Assembly (NCBI GenBank): GCA_919901555.1
Contig: CAKKPG010000012.1
Span: forward strand, 10,654-74,653
DNA: 64,000 nt
Origin: Nitrospiria bacterium
GTDB lineage: Bacteria; Nitrospirota; UBA9217
Direction of reading: 5' to 3'
The translations under genes were made by a program, and so were the position numbers. Each line of letters opens with the position of its first letter. The stretch's first letter is position 1. The notes under the pieces are model-generated. The model saw only the letters and a program-made list of their open reading frames with translations. It searched no databases and was not told the DNA's origin. Positions 30,213 to 39,504 of this stretch are shown here, piece by piece.

Positions 30213-32969
30213 TTACTTCTCCAGCGGCTTCAGATACCCGTCCTTATCAAGTATGATTTCGTTGCTATTGCTCTTGATTTTGATCTCAGTCTGTCCGTCT
30301 CCATCAAAATCCGAGATTACGAGAGCGCTGTCGTATGACGCGAACAGCGCATCGGGCGCAAGATTGTTCAGATACACCGGCCCCCATTTGATTTTGCCGT
30401 CATGCTCGGTCAAATAGACGCTCCCTTCCATATATTGTGCCGGAGAATACACCTGCGTAATGAGCAGAACAATCTCGGGCAAGCGATCGTCATTGAATTT
30501 AGCAATTGTATATGTGCCTGTTCCTAAGAACTTATCCACTCCTGCTGTATATCTGCCGTCGTTGTCTTTGTCTTCGAAAATGAGAATACTGGCGGAATCA
30601 GCAATCTTTGCGTTACCGGTGTTTTCGAATGCTGCTTTCACATGAGGGGACAAGGTTAAGGTCTGGCTGGTGAAGAGCATGCTTGTAAAGTTCGGCGCTG
30701 TTGGTACGTTATCGGGGCCGAGAATTTCGTCCGGCACCTTGATCTTGAGTGAGCGGATGGCCTGGTTGTTGGTCTCGTAGAGTTCGGTGACGACGCTTTC
30801 CGTGTCCGTGATGGCGTAGAACCGGTAGGTCCAGGGGACTGCGGTGAAGGTGTAGGGGAGCGTAGTTGTTCCGTCTCCCTGTATGCTGTCTACTGTATAC
30901 GTCGTTAAAAGCGTCCCTCCTGAAGCGGGGTCTCCGTCATAGAGCGCGAGGTTGAAGGCGCCCGTCTCCCTGATGCCCGCGTTGTGGACCGTGACGGAGA
31001 GGAGAACGGAGTCGCCGGAAACGGGATGGGACGGGGTAAAAGACAGGTCCGTTGCGGAAATGGTGATGTCCACCATATCGGTCATGACCCGGACCGCGGC
31101 GGTGTTGTTGCTTTCATCGGCTTCGGATATCGCGTTCGTTTGGTCAGCGATGACGTAGAGGTCATGAATGCCGGAACTGATCGTCCAGCTTGCGGTCGCC
31201 GTGTATGTCCCGCCTGAAGCGAGGGATGAGACTGTCTCGCTCTTGATGAGCGTGCCGCCGGATTCCGGCGCATTGTCGTAGATGTCCACGGTAAAGGAGC
31301 CTGCGTCCGCGTATCCCTGGTTCCGGATGATCGCGCTGATCTGGACAGTCTGGTTGGCTGTGGGCCGGCTGGGGGTGAGGGTGATTTCGCCGGACGTAAC
31401 CGCAAGGTCAACCTGTCCCTGCAAGCCCCCGACGGTGACCGTGACCGTGCCGGTGTTGTTGGTCTCGGATAATTCAGGGATCAGGGTTCCGGGGTCAGCG
31501 GTCAGGTAAAGCGTATGCGAGCCGTCGCCGGTAAGCGTGACGCCGAAAGAGCCCGTGCGGACCGCTGTGCCCACAAGACCGGAAATATTTCCGGTCTGAA
31601 GGAGCGTCCCGCCAGAGGCGGGGTCCCCATCGTAGAGAGATATGGTAAAAGCCCCTGTCTCGGACTCACCCAGGTTCCTGACCGTGTATTCCAGTGTGAA
31701 CGCAGTTCCGGCACTCGGAACATAGGTCGAAGGTTTCAGGTCTTCGGAGTAAACGGCAATATCCGGCCCCGTCGCGACCCAGATGCGGGCAGAGGATTTG
31801 TTGTCACTCTCTGAGGTTTCGGAGATGGTATTGTCCGGGTCCGCGACCACGAAGATGGTCTTGCCGCCCGTGCCGGTGAAGGATTGTGTGATCGAGACTT
31901 GAGATGATGAATTGACGGATAAAGAAGGAATGATTTGATCAGAACCAATTTGAGTTCCGCCAGCAGAAGGGTCACCGAGATAAAAACGAACGATTATATT
32001 AGAAGCGTTGTCGAATCCCGTGTTCTTTACTGCAGCAGTAATCGTGATGGACTCATTTTCTATCGGCATTGACTTTGAAAGGGAAATATCACTTGATGAA
32101 ATAACAAGATTAGGCCTCGCGCTCGCGAGCGCGCGCAAGGCAAGCGCCGTGGAATAGGGATCGTCATTCCAACTGCCGTCCGATAACTGATTTGTGGTGA
32201 GATAGGCGGCGCCGTTGGATACAACGGTTGTGATATTGGCCGCTCCGCTCGAAATCAATGCGTCGAGCGCTAAACCGGAATCGTAAACCATAGAAGGACT
32301 GGAGCCGAAACCACCGTCCGGATTCTGTTTCGTGAGGAGATACGCAATTGTCCTGTCAATCGAACTTTGAACGTTGAAGGTGACGCTATTATATGAAGAC
32401 AAGGTTTTCAAGACTGCGGCGGTTGCGAAAACATTGCTGTCCTCACCGGCCGCGAAGCCCCAGCCGCCGTCCGAATTTTGATTCGAGGTAATGAAATTTA
32501 CGGCCTGAAAAAGAACAGAATAATCGGAGTAAGCCAGTGCCTGGAGAGCCTGGAGGGCGAGAGCCGTGTCCAGGATATTGTAAAAATATTCCGAATCGCC
32601 TCCCCATGCGCCGTCGGAATTGCGGTAAAGAAGCAACCCCTCTAATTCGCTGGAAGTGTCCTGTCCGGCGCGTTTAAGCGCGATGATCCGTCTCGAGAGA
32701 TAATCCGTCGGCGATACGACTTGGCCGCTCATCCACTGAAAGGCCGTGCTGTATGCAGGGTTTAAGGGATCAAGGGCATAAACAGCATCCAGTGCCGCGG
32801 CCGTGGAGTAATAATCGGTGGTCGTGACCTCCGGCCAATTTCCGGCGGACGTCTGCGAAGAATAAAGCCACGTGAGGCCGGAGGAAATTTGGGGAGATTG
32901 GGCAAAAGCGAAAGAATGTATTGTCGATAATAAGATAAAAGCAGCGATGATTTGGACGCTTTTTCGCAT
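30213..32969 (-). CDS. Internally deleted and C-terminally truncated paralog of the giant protein (cassette 3)
   Basis: Start MRKSVQIIAAFILL at 32969 with a GGAGGAGC SD. Same alpha/alpha-toroid domain and CARDB series. It jumps from ...LGTGTYTIAKFNDDRLPEIV into an FG-GAP segment that lies about 300 aa further on in the giant protein, then terminates. Confidence 0.65.
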   Translation of the reverse strand: MRKSVQIIAAFILLSTIHSFAFAQSPQISSGLTWLYSSQTSAGNWPEVTTTDYYSTAAALDAVYALDPLNPAYSTAFQWMSGQVVSPTDYLSRRIIALKRAGQDTSSELEGLLLYRNSDGAWGGDSEYFYNILDTALALQALQALAYSDYSVLFQAVNFITSNQNSDGGWGFAAGEDSNVFATAAVLKTLSSYNSVTFNVQSSIDRTIAYLLTKQNPDGGFGSSPSMVYDSGLALDALISSGAANITTVVSNGAAYLTTNQLSDGSWNDDPYSTALALRALASARPNLVISSSDISLSKSMPIENESITITAAVKNTGFDNASNIIVRFYLGDPSAGGTQIGSDQIIPSLSVNSSSQVSITQSFTGTGGKTIFVVADPDNTISETSESDNKSSARIWVATGPDIAVYSEDLKPSTYVPSAGTAFTLEYTVRNLGESETGAFTISLYDGDPASGGTLLQTGNISGLVGTAVRTGSFGVTLTGDGSHTLYLTADPGTLIPELSETNNTGTVTVTVGGLQGQVDLAVTSGEITLTPSRPTANQTVQISAIIRNQGYADAGSFTVDIYDNAPESGGTLIKSETVSSLASGGTYTATASWTISSGIHDLYVIADQTNAISEADESNNTAAVRVMTDMVDITISATDLSFTPSHPVSGDSVLLSVTVHNAGIRETGAFNLALYDGDPASGGTLLTTYTVDSIQGDGTTTLPYTFTAVPWTYRFYAITDTESVVTELYETNNQAIRSLKIKVPDEILGPDNVPTAPNFTSMLFTSQTLTLSPHVKAAFENTGNAKIADSASILIFEDKDNDGRYTAGVDKFLGTGTYTIAKFNDDRLPEIVLLITQVYSPAQYMEGSVYLTEHDGKIKWGPVYLNNLAPDALFASYDSALVISDFDGDGQTEIKIKSNSNEIILDKDGYLKPLEK

Positions 32970-33043
32970 AGCTCCTCCGGATATCTCAATGAATATCTTC
33001 AATGCAGAGAGACAAAACATACTACCTCAAACGTCACTCGATT

Positions 33044-33544
33044 TTATAATGGTCGATTAAGCAACGAATACGTTAATTTCGCGCGAGACGCTCGCTTTCT
33101 AATCTCTGCTATTAATTCATTCAAGTATTTTGCGCGGTTCGCTTTCATTAAGTCGAATGAAGAAAGCGAAGGTTCGTTCGCTGGTTCAACCATGCCAATA
33201 GTAAAATTGCCTTTGTCAGTATATATTTTGTATCTGAAACTGGCTTTTAACGGAGTTAGCATTTTAATTTCTCTGACGCCTGTCCACTGCGCAAAAACTC
33301 TTTTTTTCCGTCCATTAAACAAAATTCCGTTTTCGTTCACCTCGATAAAGGTGTGTTTTTTGTTTAAGTATGCAAAAACGGGCACGATGATGCTTAATAT
33401 AGCCAAGATGAGAAAAAATAATTTACCCGACAAAGATATTTCTCTTATTGCAAAAAATATGGAAATTGTTGCCGCAACGATTGAAAAGCCAATAAATATC
33501 GCTTTAAAATCTTCGACGCTATGATAGTCATATCTTTTTTTCAT
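33044..33544 (-). CDS. Small membrane protein with two N-terminal TM helices and a soluble domain, possibly bacterial PH-like (cassette 3)
   Basis: Start MKKRYDYHS at 33544 with an AAGGAG SD. AT-rich. Confidence 0.5.
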   Translation of the reverse strand: MKKRYDYHSVEDFKAIFIGFSIVAATISIFFAIREISLSGKLFFLILAILSIIVPVFAYLNKKHTFIEVNENGILFNGRKKRVFAQWTGVREIKMLTPLKASFRYKIYTDKGNFTIGMVEPANEPSLSSFDLMKANRAKYLNELIAEIRKRASRAKLTYSLLNRPL

Positions 33545-33561
33545 CTTTCCGCTCCTTAGTT

Positions 33562-36500
33562 TCAATAACAAGGATTATTATAATTAATATCGCCAAACCA
33601 AAATTGGTAAGCGTCTATTATAACGGGAGCACAAGGAAGCGCACACCACCACGCCCTGCCTCTCGCAGATGTTTGTACTAATTTTACAAAAAACTGAAAA
33701 AGGATACTCGCAGCGAAAATGATCACTGGAAACCAAACTGCAAGTACTACAAGGAAGAAGGCCAGCATAAGAGATATCACTGTCATAATTGCTATAAACC
33801 AAATGTCAGCACTTGTCATGGACGACCAATTTAAAGCATTTCCTGATTCTAGGTAAGAATCAATCCAGCTTAAAGCTTCAACACTAAATGCATATCCAGC
33901 ACTTGGCGCGCCTATGTTGCAAAACATGAGGAGGATATCTTTTAAACAATCAGTCAACGCTTGCCAACCACCATTTGAACCTCCGCTGATTTTATATGCT
34001 CCAGCACCAGTAAATGGATCCTGAATTATATATCCTACACCAACCGACCCATAGTAGGATGCTGCCCTTGCGGGTACCGTTACAATCTTGCCAGCTCCGA
34101 TGGCATTATTAATGTCAGCTATAACATCAGATGACACCTGGAGTTTTGGAAGAATTGTTGCTATATTATTTGATGTGATAGTGTAAATGGGTATTCCAGC
34201 CTTATTTGCCGCATTAAGCAGGCTTATCGTCGAAATGGCAGGTATCTTTGAAAGTGTTTCTGCATGATTATGTTCTAAGCCTGATGATATATAGCCTGCC
34301 GTCTCCATGAATTGTTTTGTCTTTTCTTGGTCACCTGTTTTTGAAAACACAGTGAAAATATTTCTGTCGACATCGATTCCATAACCTTCGAGATCAAAGT
34401 TCTTAGGAATAGAAAAAAGATAAGTAACCGAAGGCACTGCAGATGTGATGGCCGCTGAGATGCCCTTTGCAGCGGTTACACCATTAAGCCATTCCGCTAT
34501 CCCAAGCATCTTGCCTTGTGCATAAAAATAATAGAGCCCTTGCAGCCATAACCAATCTCCTATCAATTTATCTCGTTCTACAACTGGCTGTTCTCCATTA
34601 TTCAATTGAGCCTTCATTGCTTCAAGAGTACTTTTAAATTTAAGTGCATTAGTCTCCAAAATACTATACAAAAACCGTTGTGGTTCCACGACGATTGCAG
34701 AATATCCACCGGCATCAAAAACATTTTGAACTCGATCAGTACCTATTCCTGGATCATAAAATGCCATGATGAAGTCATGTGAAACGCCTAATTGCATTTG
34801 TGGACCAGACGCTACCGTCGCACCGTCGATCTTTATCACGGGACGTAGGGTTAGGAGATAGGGCGGAACTTTCGTCACATCTCCCCCGTAACGATTCAGC
34901 AAATCAGAATCAGCCTGCGTAGCGGGATCATATGACAACGTGATCTTTTTCCCCGCAATCGATGGGAGCTGTGATGTATATGAGAACCCGCTATTTGAGC
35001 CGGACATATCAGAAATTTCAAATGTTAATGTCGCTCTGTACTTTGCTGGTACATCAGCGAATTCCGAGCCAATTTGAATAGTCTTGTACGGCAGGGTGCC
35101 CATGAGGTAAGGAAATTCCTGTTTGACGATCTCTTTTTTACCGATGACGTCTCCTACCGTAGCGTTCGGATGGTTCTGGGTGATGTAATCCTGGACCTGG
35201 GTCTGGTAGTCCTGCATGGCTTGCTGGATATACGCTGAATCGACGTTCGTTACATATCCTTCCGTTTCGTTGATCGTCGCCGTGGATTGGAGCTGGCTTA
35301 CGAATGTTTGAGCATCAAAAGGCACGGCAGAACTGATGTCGATACCCTGGGTGTAGGTGTATTGCTTGTAACTGGGGTCGAGCGGTATCCAGGTATCGCC
35401 CTGCTTGTGGACCGCGCCGCGTGAAGGGATATAGTCAATAAAAGCTTTTACGTAAACATGCTCCATCTGAACATTTTTGTAAACGCCGCCGCTCGTTTTC
35501 ATGAGGGTGACCGGTATGCCGTTCGTGGCCAGTATCGTTCCTGCCATCTTGTAATCGGTCACGCCCCCCACCCAGTTCATGACTTTATCAATCGGTATTT
35601 CGACGGTGCCGTACACGTACCGGGCGGAAATACCGGACGTGCGAAGCAAAGCGATTAGCAAGCTGGCAGTGTCGAAATCGTTGCAAATCTTCGTCTGGAG
35701 ACACATGTCGGCGCCCTGGATGGAGCCATAGGTAGGGACGAATTCGATGTTGTTCCTGACCCACTCGTAGATTTTGACCGGGCTGTATCCGAGTTCCGCT
35801 GCCTTGGCCTTGATATCGTCAGTAAATTGAATTTCGATCCCATTTTCGGCGAGATCGTCAGCAGTAGGCGCGTCTGCCGCCTGCGCAAGAAGGATCGGTG
35901 TTGAATCGCTGAGGGCTAATTGGGGAATGAAATCATTTATAGATGTCGATGAGGATGCTGAGAGTCGGTCTGATCGAAATGAAACCGGCTGATCACTAAA
36001 CGTCCCACTATCATTGAATGCCAACTGAATGGGCTTATGCTTGATGCGTGTTAATAAGCCTGTCCCCGAATAGTTTAATCGGGGATGATCATTCGCGGCA
36101 ATAGTATTTTCAACGCTTGCGAGCTTCTTAGCTTTTTTGTGTGACGGAAAATCTTTTTCAAACTCCTCTTTTTTTAACCTCGGCGCTCTTTCCTTGGCCT
36201 TGACGGTCCTGAACGGCAGCTTGTTCGGGTCGAGCGGAACGTGCTTCGTTGGAGGCTTGGTTTTATCGAGATGGGCCTTGGCTTTTTTCAGCGCCTCTCT
36301 TCCCTGTTTACTGCCTACTGCATACTTCCCTACTTCTTCCAGGTTGGCCCTTAACTCTGCAAGGTTGTCTTCGTAGTGCTTTACGAATTTATAATGCCGG
36401 TCGAGGATTTCCTTCGGCAGCTTCGCGTCTTTGAGCTTCTTCTCAGTTGCGGCGAATTCCGCTTTTAGCTCAATATCTATTTTCTCAATCTCTGTTCTCT

Positions 36501-36813
36501 TTGCCTTTACCTCCGCGACCTCAGCGGTGATGTCTGCCGTCCCTTCGACTTTGCTCAGGGCAAGCTTCTCCTGCGCTTTGTGGATCTTCTCGCGGACCGC
36601 CTCCAGCGCCTTCTCGAACTTTTCTTCCGGCCTCTGGACCAAGGCAACCGTGTTGCCGTCCTTTACGCCGACGCGGTCGGCTCGCTCCATATTCCGCACT
36701 CGCGGCGGCTCCGCCGCCCATACCACGGCCGCATACAGCGGCATGTACGTCCAGCAGAAGAAAAACAACGTAAGTGCAGAAACCATCTTCAAAATCCGAG
36801 AAAAAGTCCGCAT
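33562..36813 (-). CDS. Membrane-anchored transglutaminase-like domain protein, cassette 3
   Basis: 1083 aa, a paralog. Core IYEWVRNNIEFVPTYGSIQGADMCLQTKICNDFDTASLLIALLRTSG (Cys), HVYVKAFIDY (His), WIPLDPS (Asp). Confidence 0.8.
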   Translation of the reverse strand: MRTFSRILKMVSALTLFFFCWTYMPLYAAVVWAAEPPRVRNMERADRVGVKDGNTVALVQRPEEKFEKALEAVREKIHKAQEKLALSKVEGTADITAEVAEVKAKRTEIEKIDIELKAEFAATEKKLKDAKLPKEILDRHYKFVKHYEDNLAELRANLEEVGKYAVGSKQGREALKKAKAHLDKTKPPTKHVPLDPNKLPFRTVKAKERAPRLKKEEFEKDFPSHKKAKKLASVENTIAANDHPRLNYSGTGLLTRIKHKPIQLAFNDSGTFSDQPVSFRSDRLSASSSTSINDFIPQLALSDSTPILLAQAADAPTADDLAENGIEIQFTDDIKAKAAELGYSPVKIYEWVRNNIEFVPTYGSIQGADMCLQTKICNDFDTASLLIALLRTSGISARYVYGTVEIPIDKVMNWVGGVTDYKMAGTILATNGIPVTLMKTSGGVYKNVQMEHVYVKAFIDYIPSRGAVHKQGDTWIPLDPSYKQYTYTQGIDISSAVPFDAQTFVSQLQSTATINETEGYVTNVDSAYIQQAMQDYQTQVQDYITQNHPNATVGDVIGKKEIVKQEFPYLMGTLPYKTIQIGSEFADVPAKYRATLTFEISDMSGSNSGFSYTSQLPSIAGKKITLSYDPATQADSDLLNRYGGDVTKVPPYLLTLRPVIKIDGATVASGPQMQLGVSHDFIMAFYDPGIGTDRVQNVFDAGGYSAIVVEPQRFLYSILETNALKFKSTLEAMKAQLNNGEQPVVERDKLIGDWLWLQGLYYFYAQGKMLGIAEWLNGVTAAKGISAAITSAVPSVTYLFSIPKNFDLEGYGIDVDRNIFTVFSKTGDQEKTKQFMETAGYISSGLEHNHAETLSKIPAISTISLLNAANKAGIPIYTITSNNIATILPKLQVSSDVIADINNAIGAGKIVTVPARAASYYGSVGVGYIIQDPFTGAGAYKISGGSNGGWQALTDCLKDILLMFCNIGAPSAGYAFSVEALSWIDSYLESGNALNWSSMTSADIWFIAIMTVISLMLAFFLVVLAVWFPVIIFAASILFQFFVKLVQTSARGRAWWCALPCAPVIIDAYQFWFGDINYNNPCY

Positions 36814-36831
36814 GATATGTTCTCCTGAACT

Positions 36832-37191
36832 TTATTCCGTCTTATTCATCAGACGAATCCTTACACGATATCTATCCACGGTAATCAGAGCTTTCTGGTT
36901 TATAGCATCTTGATGCGTTTCGATCAATCGGAGCAATATCTTTCCTTGATCCCTCGCGGGGATATCCACCAGCCGTATGATTGTCGAGTGCGGCTTGCCG
37001 AAAACGAAGACGAGTTCGCCAAAATCCTTGTCGGCTGTGACCAAAATAGAGTCTTCGTCGACTGAGCGCTGAATAATGGCCTCATCACCCGGGTCTTTTC
37101 CCGTCTCGGGAATCCACACGACATCGAAGCCCGCCCCTCTGAGTGCTTTGACGGCAAAGCTCGATATGCAACTGTCGACAAGGAACTTCAT
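36832..37191 (-). CDS. DUF5615 PIN-like domain protein (putative toxin)
   Basis: 119 aa starting MKFLVDSC...GFDVVW...ILVTADKDFGEL. Follows the DUF433 gene with a 2-nt gap. Confidence 0.7.
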   Translation of the reverse strand: MKFLVDSCISSFAVKALRGAGFDVVWIPETGKDPGDEAIIQRSVDEDSILVTADKDFGELVFVFGKPHSTIIRLVDIPARDQGKILLRLIETHQDAINQKALITVDRYRVRIRLMNKTE

Positions 37192-37193
37192 CT

Positions 37194-37436
37194 CTAAGCT
37201 ACGAGAGCGGGCTCGATCCGCTCATGAGATACCATCCGATGGGCAAATACGAGGCACGCCTGAATATCTTCCTTTTCCAGGAAAGGATACGCCTCTAACA
37301 ACTCTTCGACAGTTGAACCGGCTGCCATCATCCCGAGAATATGTTCGACGGCTATCCTCATGCCACGAATGATCGGCTTCCCTCCGAAAATTGCGGGATT
37401 GAACGTGATACGTTTTAGAATCTCTTCCTCGTGCAT
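37194..37436 (-). CDS. DUF433 domain protein (putative antitoxin)
   Basis: 80 aa. FGGKPIIRGMRIAVEHILGMMAAGSTVEELLEAYPFLEKEDIQACLVFA is the DUF433 signature. Confidence 0.7.
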   Translation of the reverse strand: MHEEEILKRITFNPAIFGGKPIIRGMRIAVEHILGMMAAGSTVEELLEAYPFLEKEDIQACLVFAHRMVSHERIEPALVA

Positions 37437-37499
37437 TTTTTGACCTCCCCGTTTGATTTATGCTCAAGTATACATTATGTTCTTTGCGCTGTGCAAGGG

Positions 37500-37620
37500 G
37501 TTTTTATTGTCTCTTTCCGATGTCTCGGATATCTGATTGTCAGGATCAACAACGACGAAGATGGTCTTCCCGCCTGTGCCGGTGAAAGAAGCTGCTACTA
37601 AGGTCCTTGAGAGTCCTGAG
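37500..37620 (-). pseudogene. About 40-codon relic of a CARDB-module gene of the giant-protein family
   Basis: The minus-strand translation ...SFTGTGGKTIFVVVDPDNQISETSERD matches the paralogs (QSFTGTGGKTIFVKVDPDNIISETNEMDN). It is bounded by a stop upstream and non-coding DNA downstream. Confidence 0.6.
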
Positions 37621-37627
37621 TTCTAAG

Positions 37628-38050
37628 TCATTTTATCTGATTGCGGTTGGCCAAGTCCACCTTTATCTTTGAGTGCTCGATGGATAGGTCTATCCACTTT
37701 TCGGCCAGTTTTTTAAACTTCTTATAGGTCTTGATCTGCTCTCTCAGTTCAGCGACATGGTGCGTCCTGACATAGTTGGTCTTGCTTTTCATCTTATGCG
37801 TGTAGCTGAGTTGGTAGAACTCCCATTTTTTGTCCTTAACATTCCGGTACAGCTTGGTTAGTGAGCCTGGACGCATTTCGTCGATTCCCATCAGCTCCCG
37901 TTTGATCTCTTCTATCTGCTGTTTAATCCGCGCAAGCCTTTTGTCCGCCATAACCGCTCCTCTCTGTCTAGGTGAAGGGCATGGGGACAAAGGGCATGGG
38001 GACAGGTCTTGAAATATAAGAAACTGCCTTTTCAACGGGCTGTTGCCCAA
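37628..38050 (-). CDS. Small hypothetical protein (DUF6788-like), paralogous to the ORF at 44649..44993
   Basis: Similar to 44649..44993 in ...GSLTKLYRNVKDKKWEFYQLSYTHKMKSKTNYV..ELREQIKTYKKFKKLAEKW. Start uncertain (MADKRLARIK at 37951 plausible). Confidence 0.4.
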   Translation of the reverse strand: MGNSPLKRQFLIFQDLSPCPLSPCPSPRQRGAVMADKRLARIKQQIEEIKRELMGIDEMRPGSLTKLYRNVKDKKWEFYQLSYTHKMKSKTNYVRTHHVAELREQIKTYKKFKKLAEKWIDLSIEHSKIKVDLANRNQIK

Positions 38051-38159
38051 ATCACTTTACGGCAAATATGTCATTCTGAGCGTAGCGAAGAATCCCGCAT
38101 TTACAATACGATGGCAGACCCTTCACTGCGTTCAGGGTGACAAAATCGGTTTGGGCAAC

Positions 38160-38280
38160 AGGCCGTCAAGACTTGACCCCAAATGCCAAAAATGCCAAAA
38201 TGCCAAATGCTTTGACCCCAAATGCTTTGACCCCAAATGCTTAAATGCTTACATGACCCCAAATGCTTATTCTGCCTCTT
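38160..38280. repeat. Tandem simple repeats: ccaaaa(a)tg three times, then ccccaaatgctttga three times
   Basis: caaaaatgccaaaaatgccaaaatgccaaatgctttgaccccaaatgctttgaccccaaatgctt..., non-coding. Confidence 0.7.
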
Positions 38281-38485
38281 CATGACAAACGTTTGCACCT
38301 TCAAGAGCATATACCATCGTTGCACTAAACATGTCATGATACTTTCGGCCACCTTGACAAAGCAGTTTCCATATGATTTTATGAATATAAATCGTCTTTA
38401 CATCTAACCCTCTCTATAAATCTTAGTGACGGCCGAGGTGTGAACTCCAATTCTCCGGGCATTTGATGACGACACGCGAACTCTG

Positions 38486-39301
38486 ATGGTCTTGCAAAAA
38501 ATCAAATTCGACGTAGAGATCGGGGATGATACTGTCGGCAAAGGTTCAGTTATCATTATTGCCGAAATGGAAAGCCACGTGCTCTATAACGCCATCCGCC
38601 TCGAAGGAGAGCAGACGAAGATAGTCTGCCGGAAGGATGCTCTGGAGGCGATTCAAAATTCATCTCCTGATGTTATACTCCTCGACTGCGGCTCTGACAC
38701 CATCTGCGGCCTCGAACTTCTCAGAAAGATCAAGACGTTGAGAGTGGATACCCCGGTCATCTTCATCGCCGGGGAAAGCTCGATGGATGTAGTAGCAAAT
38801 ACTCTGCGAACGGGCGCAAGGGAGATCTTCGTAAAGCCTGTGGATATATTCGAGCTTAAAAGAGTTATCAGGAGGTTCCTCGATATCAAGAGAGCATCGA
38901 GGGAGAAGAGAATTCCCTTCATGACGAGCATCACGGCCGGCAACGATCTCTGCGCTACGTCCGATAAACCGCCCAATCTGCTGCGCGCCGCAAGCTATAT
39001 CGGAGACAATCTTTCCGAAAAAATAACCACCGAAGGCCTCTCACGTATGGCTAACCTGAGCAAGTACTATTTCTGCAGGAACTTCAAAAAACACTTTGGC
39101 ACGTCGCCCATGAAGTTCGTAACCCTCGTGAAAATAAACAAGGCAAAGGAACTCCTGAAGAGAGAAGACCTCAGGGTCAAGGAAGTGGCCTCCCATGCAG
39201 GATTTAATAACCTCGGGACATTCATAAGACAGTTTAAAAAGGCCGAGGGTCTCACCCCTACCTCCTACAAGGAACTGCGCAAAAAATCCTCTCTAAAATA
39301 A
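38486..39301 (+). CDS. Receiver-like domain / AraC-family HTH transcriptional regulator
   Basis: 271 aa. N-terminal receiver-like fold with an atypical acidic pocket (IIIAEME in place of the usual DD, DVILLD retained). C-terminal AraC-type HTH (YYFCRNFKKHFGTSPMKF...GFNNLGTFIRQFKKAEGLTP). Confidence 0.7.
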   Translation: MVLQKIKFDVEIGDDTVGKGSVIIIAEMESHVLYNAIRLEGEQTKIVCRKDALEAIQNSSPDVILLDCGSDTICGLELLRKIKTLRVDTPVIFIAGESSMDVVANTLRTGAREIFVKPVDIFELKRVIRRFLDIKRASREKRIPFMTSITAGNDLCATSDKPPNLLRAASYIGDNLSEKITTEGLSRMANLSKYYFCRNFKKHFGTSPMKFVTLVKINKAKELLKREDLRVKEVASHAGFNNLGTFIRQFKKAEGLTPTSYKELRKKSSLK

Positions 39302-39504
39302 TCTTTCCAAAATTTCATTTTTTACTCCTTAAGTCTGCGACAATTTCTGAATAAAGAAGAGCAAGAATGATAATTGACGAAGGGGCATCATCTGGTAGAG
39401 TTAATCAAGCAGCCGGTTCTAAATTGTAAAGGTATTCCCCGATCCGCATCACAAGAAGAGGCAGAAGACTTACGTTGTCCGAGAAAGAAAGGAGGTGACA
39501 GACC

